Assembly: GCA_965223415.1 (NCBI GenBank)
Contig: OZ245002.1
Span: 1,792,001-1,856,000, forward strand
Direction: 5' to 3'
Length of the DNA stretch: 64,000 nt
Origin: Myxococcota bacterium
GTDB lineage: Bacteria > Myxococcota_A > UBA9160 > UBA6930
Below the pieces are notes generated by a model. That model made no database searches. It was not told the origin of the DNA and saw only the letters and a list, made by a program, of their open reading frames with translations. This document shows, piece by piece, positions 63,561 to 64,000 of this stretch (positions within the stretch are counted from its first letter, which is position 1; every line of letters begins with the position of its first letter). The position numbers and the translations under genes are program-made.

Positions 63561-64000
63561 CGAGGCCTTCTCCTCCGGATCGTTGGCATCGGCATCCGTG
63601 TGCTGTTGAAGCGAGGGAAACGTCATTCGCTCGAATCGATCGAGCTCGTACCACAACTGCTTGATGCTGAAGGGAACAGGAGAGTCCGCTGTGAGCGTTT
63701 CGGGTGGAGGCGGGATCGCGAGTTCCGCGGACGCGTTCAGCTTCATGTCGAGGATCCTCTCCCTGATTGCCGCCTCATGATTGGGCTGGAGCCCACCCAG
63801 AGTAAGTTCTTGCAGCTCAGCGAATGGAAGTGCCCAGAAGGGGATCCAGAGCGGCCTCTCGTTGGCACCCTCCTTTGGCCGGATGCGAAACACCCGTGCG
63901 CGATCGCCAAGCGCGGCTGCGTACTCGCCGTGCGGATCGATGACGATCGAGCGAGCATTGGGCAGGCTTCCGTCGGAAAGCGCCTCAAGAAGCACGGTCA
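63549..64000 (-). pseudogene. HerA/DUF87-like ATPase, internal part, truncated by IS21 end; 5' part outside window
   Basis: IVIDPHGEY, LWIPFWAL, TADSPVPFS; frame stops inside IS end; lower GC than flanks. Confidence 0.72.

Larger units (their letters stand above)
62692..63565 (+). mobile_element. Truncated second IS21-family element (istA lost, istB and right end retained)
   Basis: istB followed by tandem 25-bp terminal repeats; short probable istA 3' stub before istB. Confidence 0.75.

Overview
High-GC (roughly 70% by eye) bacterial chromosome segment from a diderm: it carries a PEP-CTERM protein, a YdbH/AsmA-like protein and a putative outer-membrane barrel. A Myxococcota-like host is my inference only. 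Most of the window is lipid/steroid catabolism. An actinobacterial-type steroid C/D-ring (HIP) pathway is split over two loci: ipdA-ipdB-ipdC-echA20-fadE31-fadE32-fadA6-SDR-ACAD-SDR at 3.9-13.6 kb and fadE30-ipdF at 40.4-42.4 kb. Also present are a GntR/P450/tandem CoA-transferase/thiolase-DUF35 module, esterases, SDRs, a WS/DGAT with a degenerate active site, and a REC-EAL/barrel/periplasmic protein/histidine kinase operon. The strongest new signal is a 19-bp imperfect palindrome (ACGAnAC-nnTAC-GTmTCGT) in three divergent promoters: upstream of ipdA, upstream of fadE30, and at a TetR gene. This suggests a steroid regulon controlled by a TetR other than KstR2. Four long perfect intergenic palindromes (REP/REPIN or MITE-like) are present. 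Mobile DNA: a complete IS1380 with a CTAG duplication, and at the right end a complete IS21 plus a truncated IS21 that join a broken P450 to a broken HerA-like ATPase gene. All family assignments come from motif recognition and recalled similarity, not database searches.
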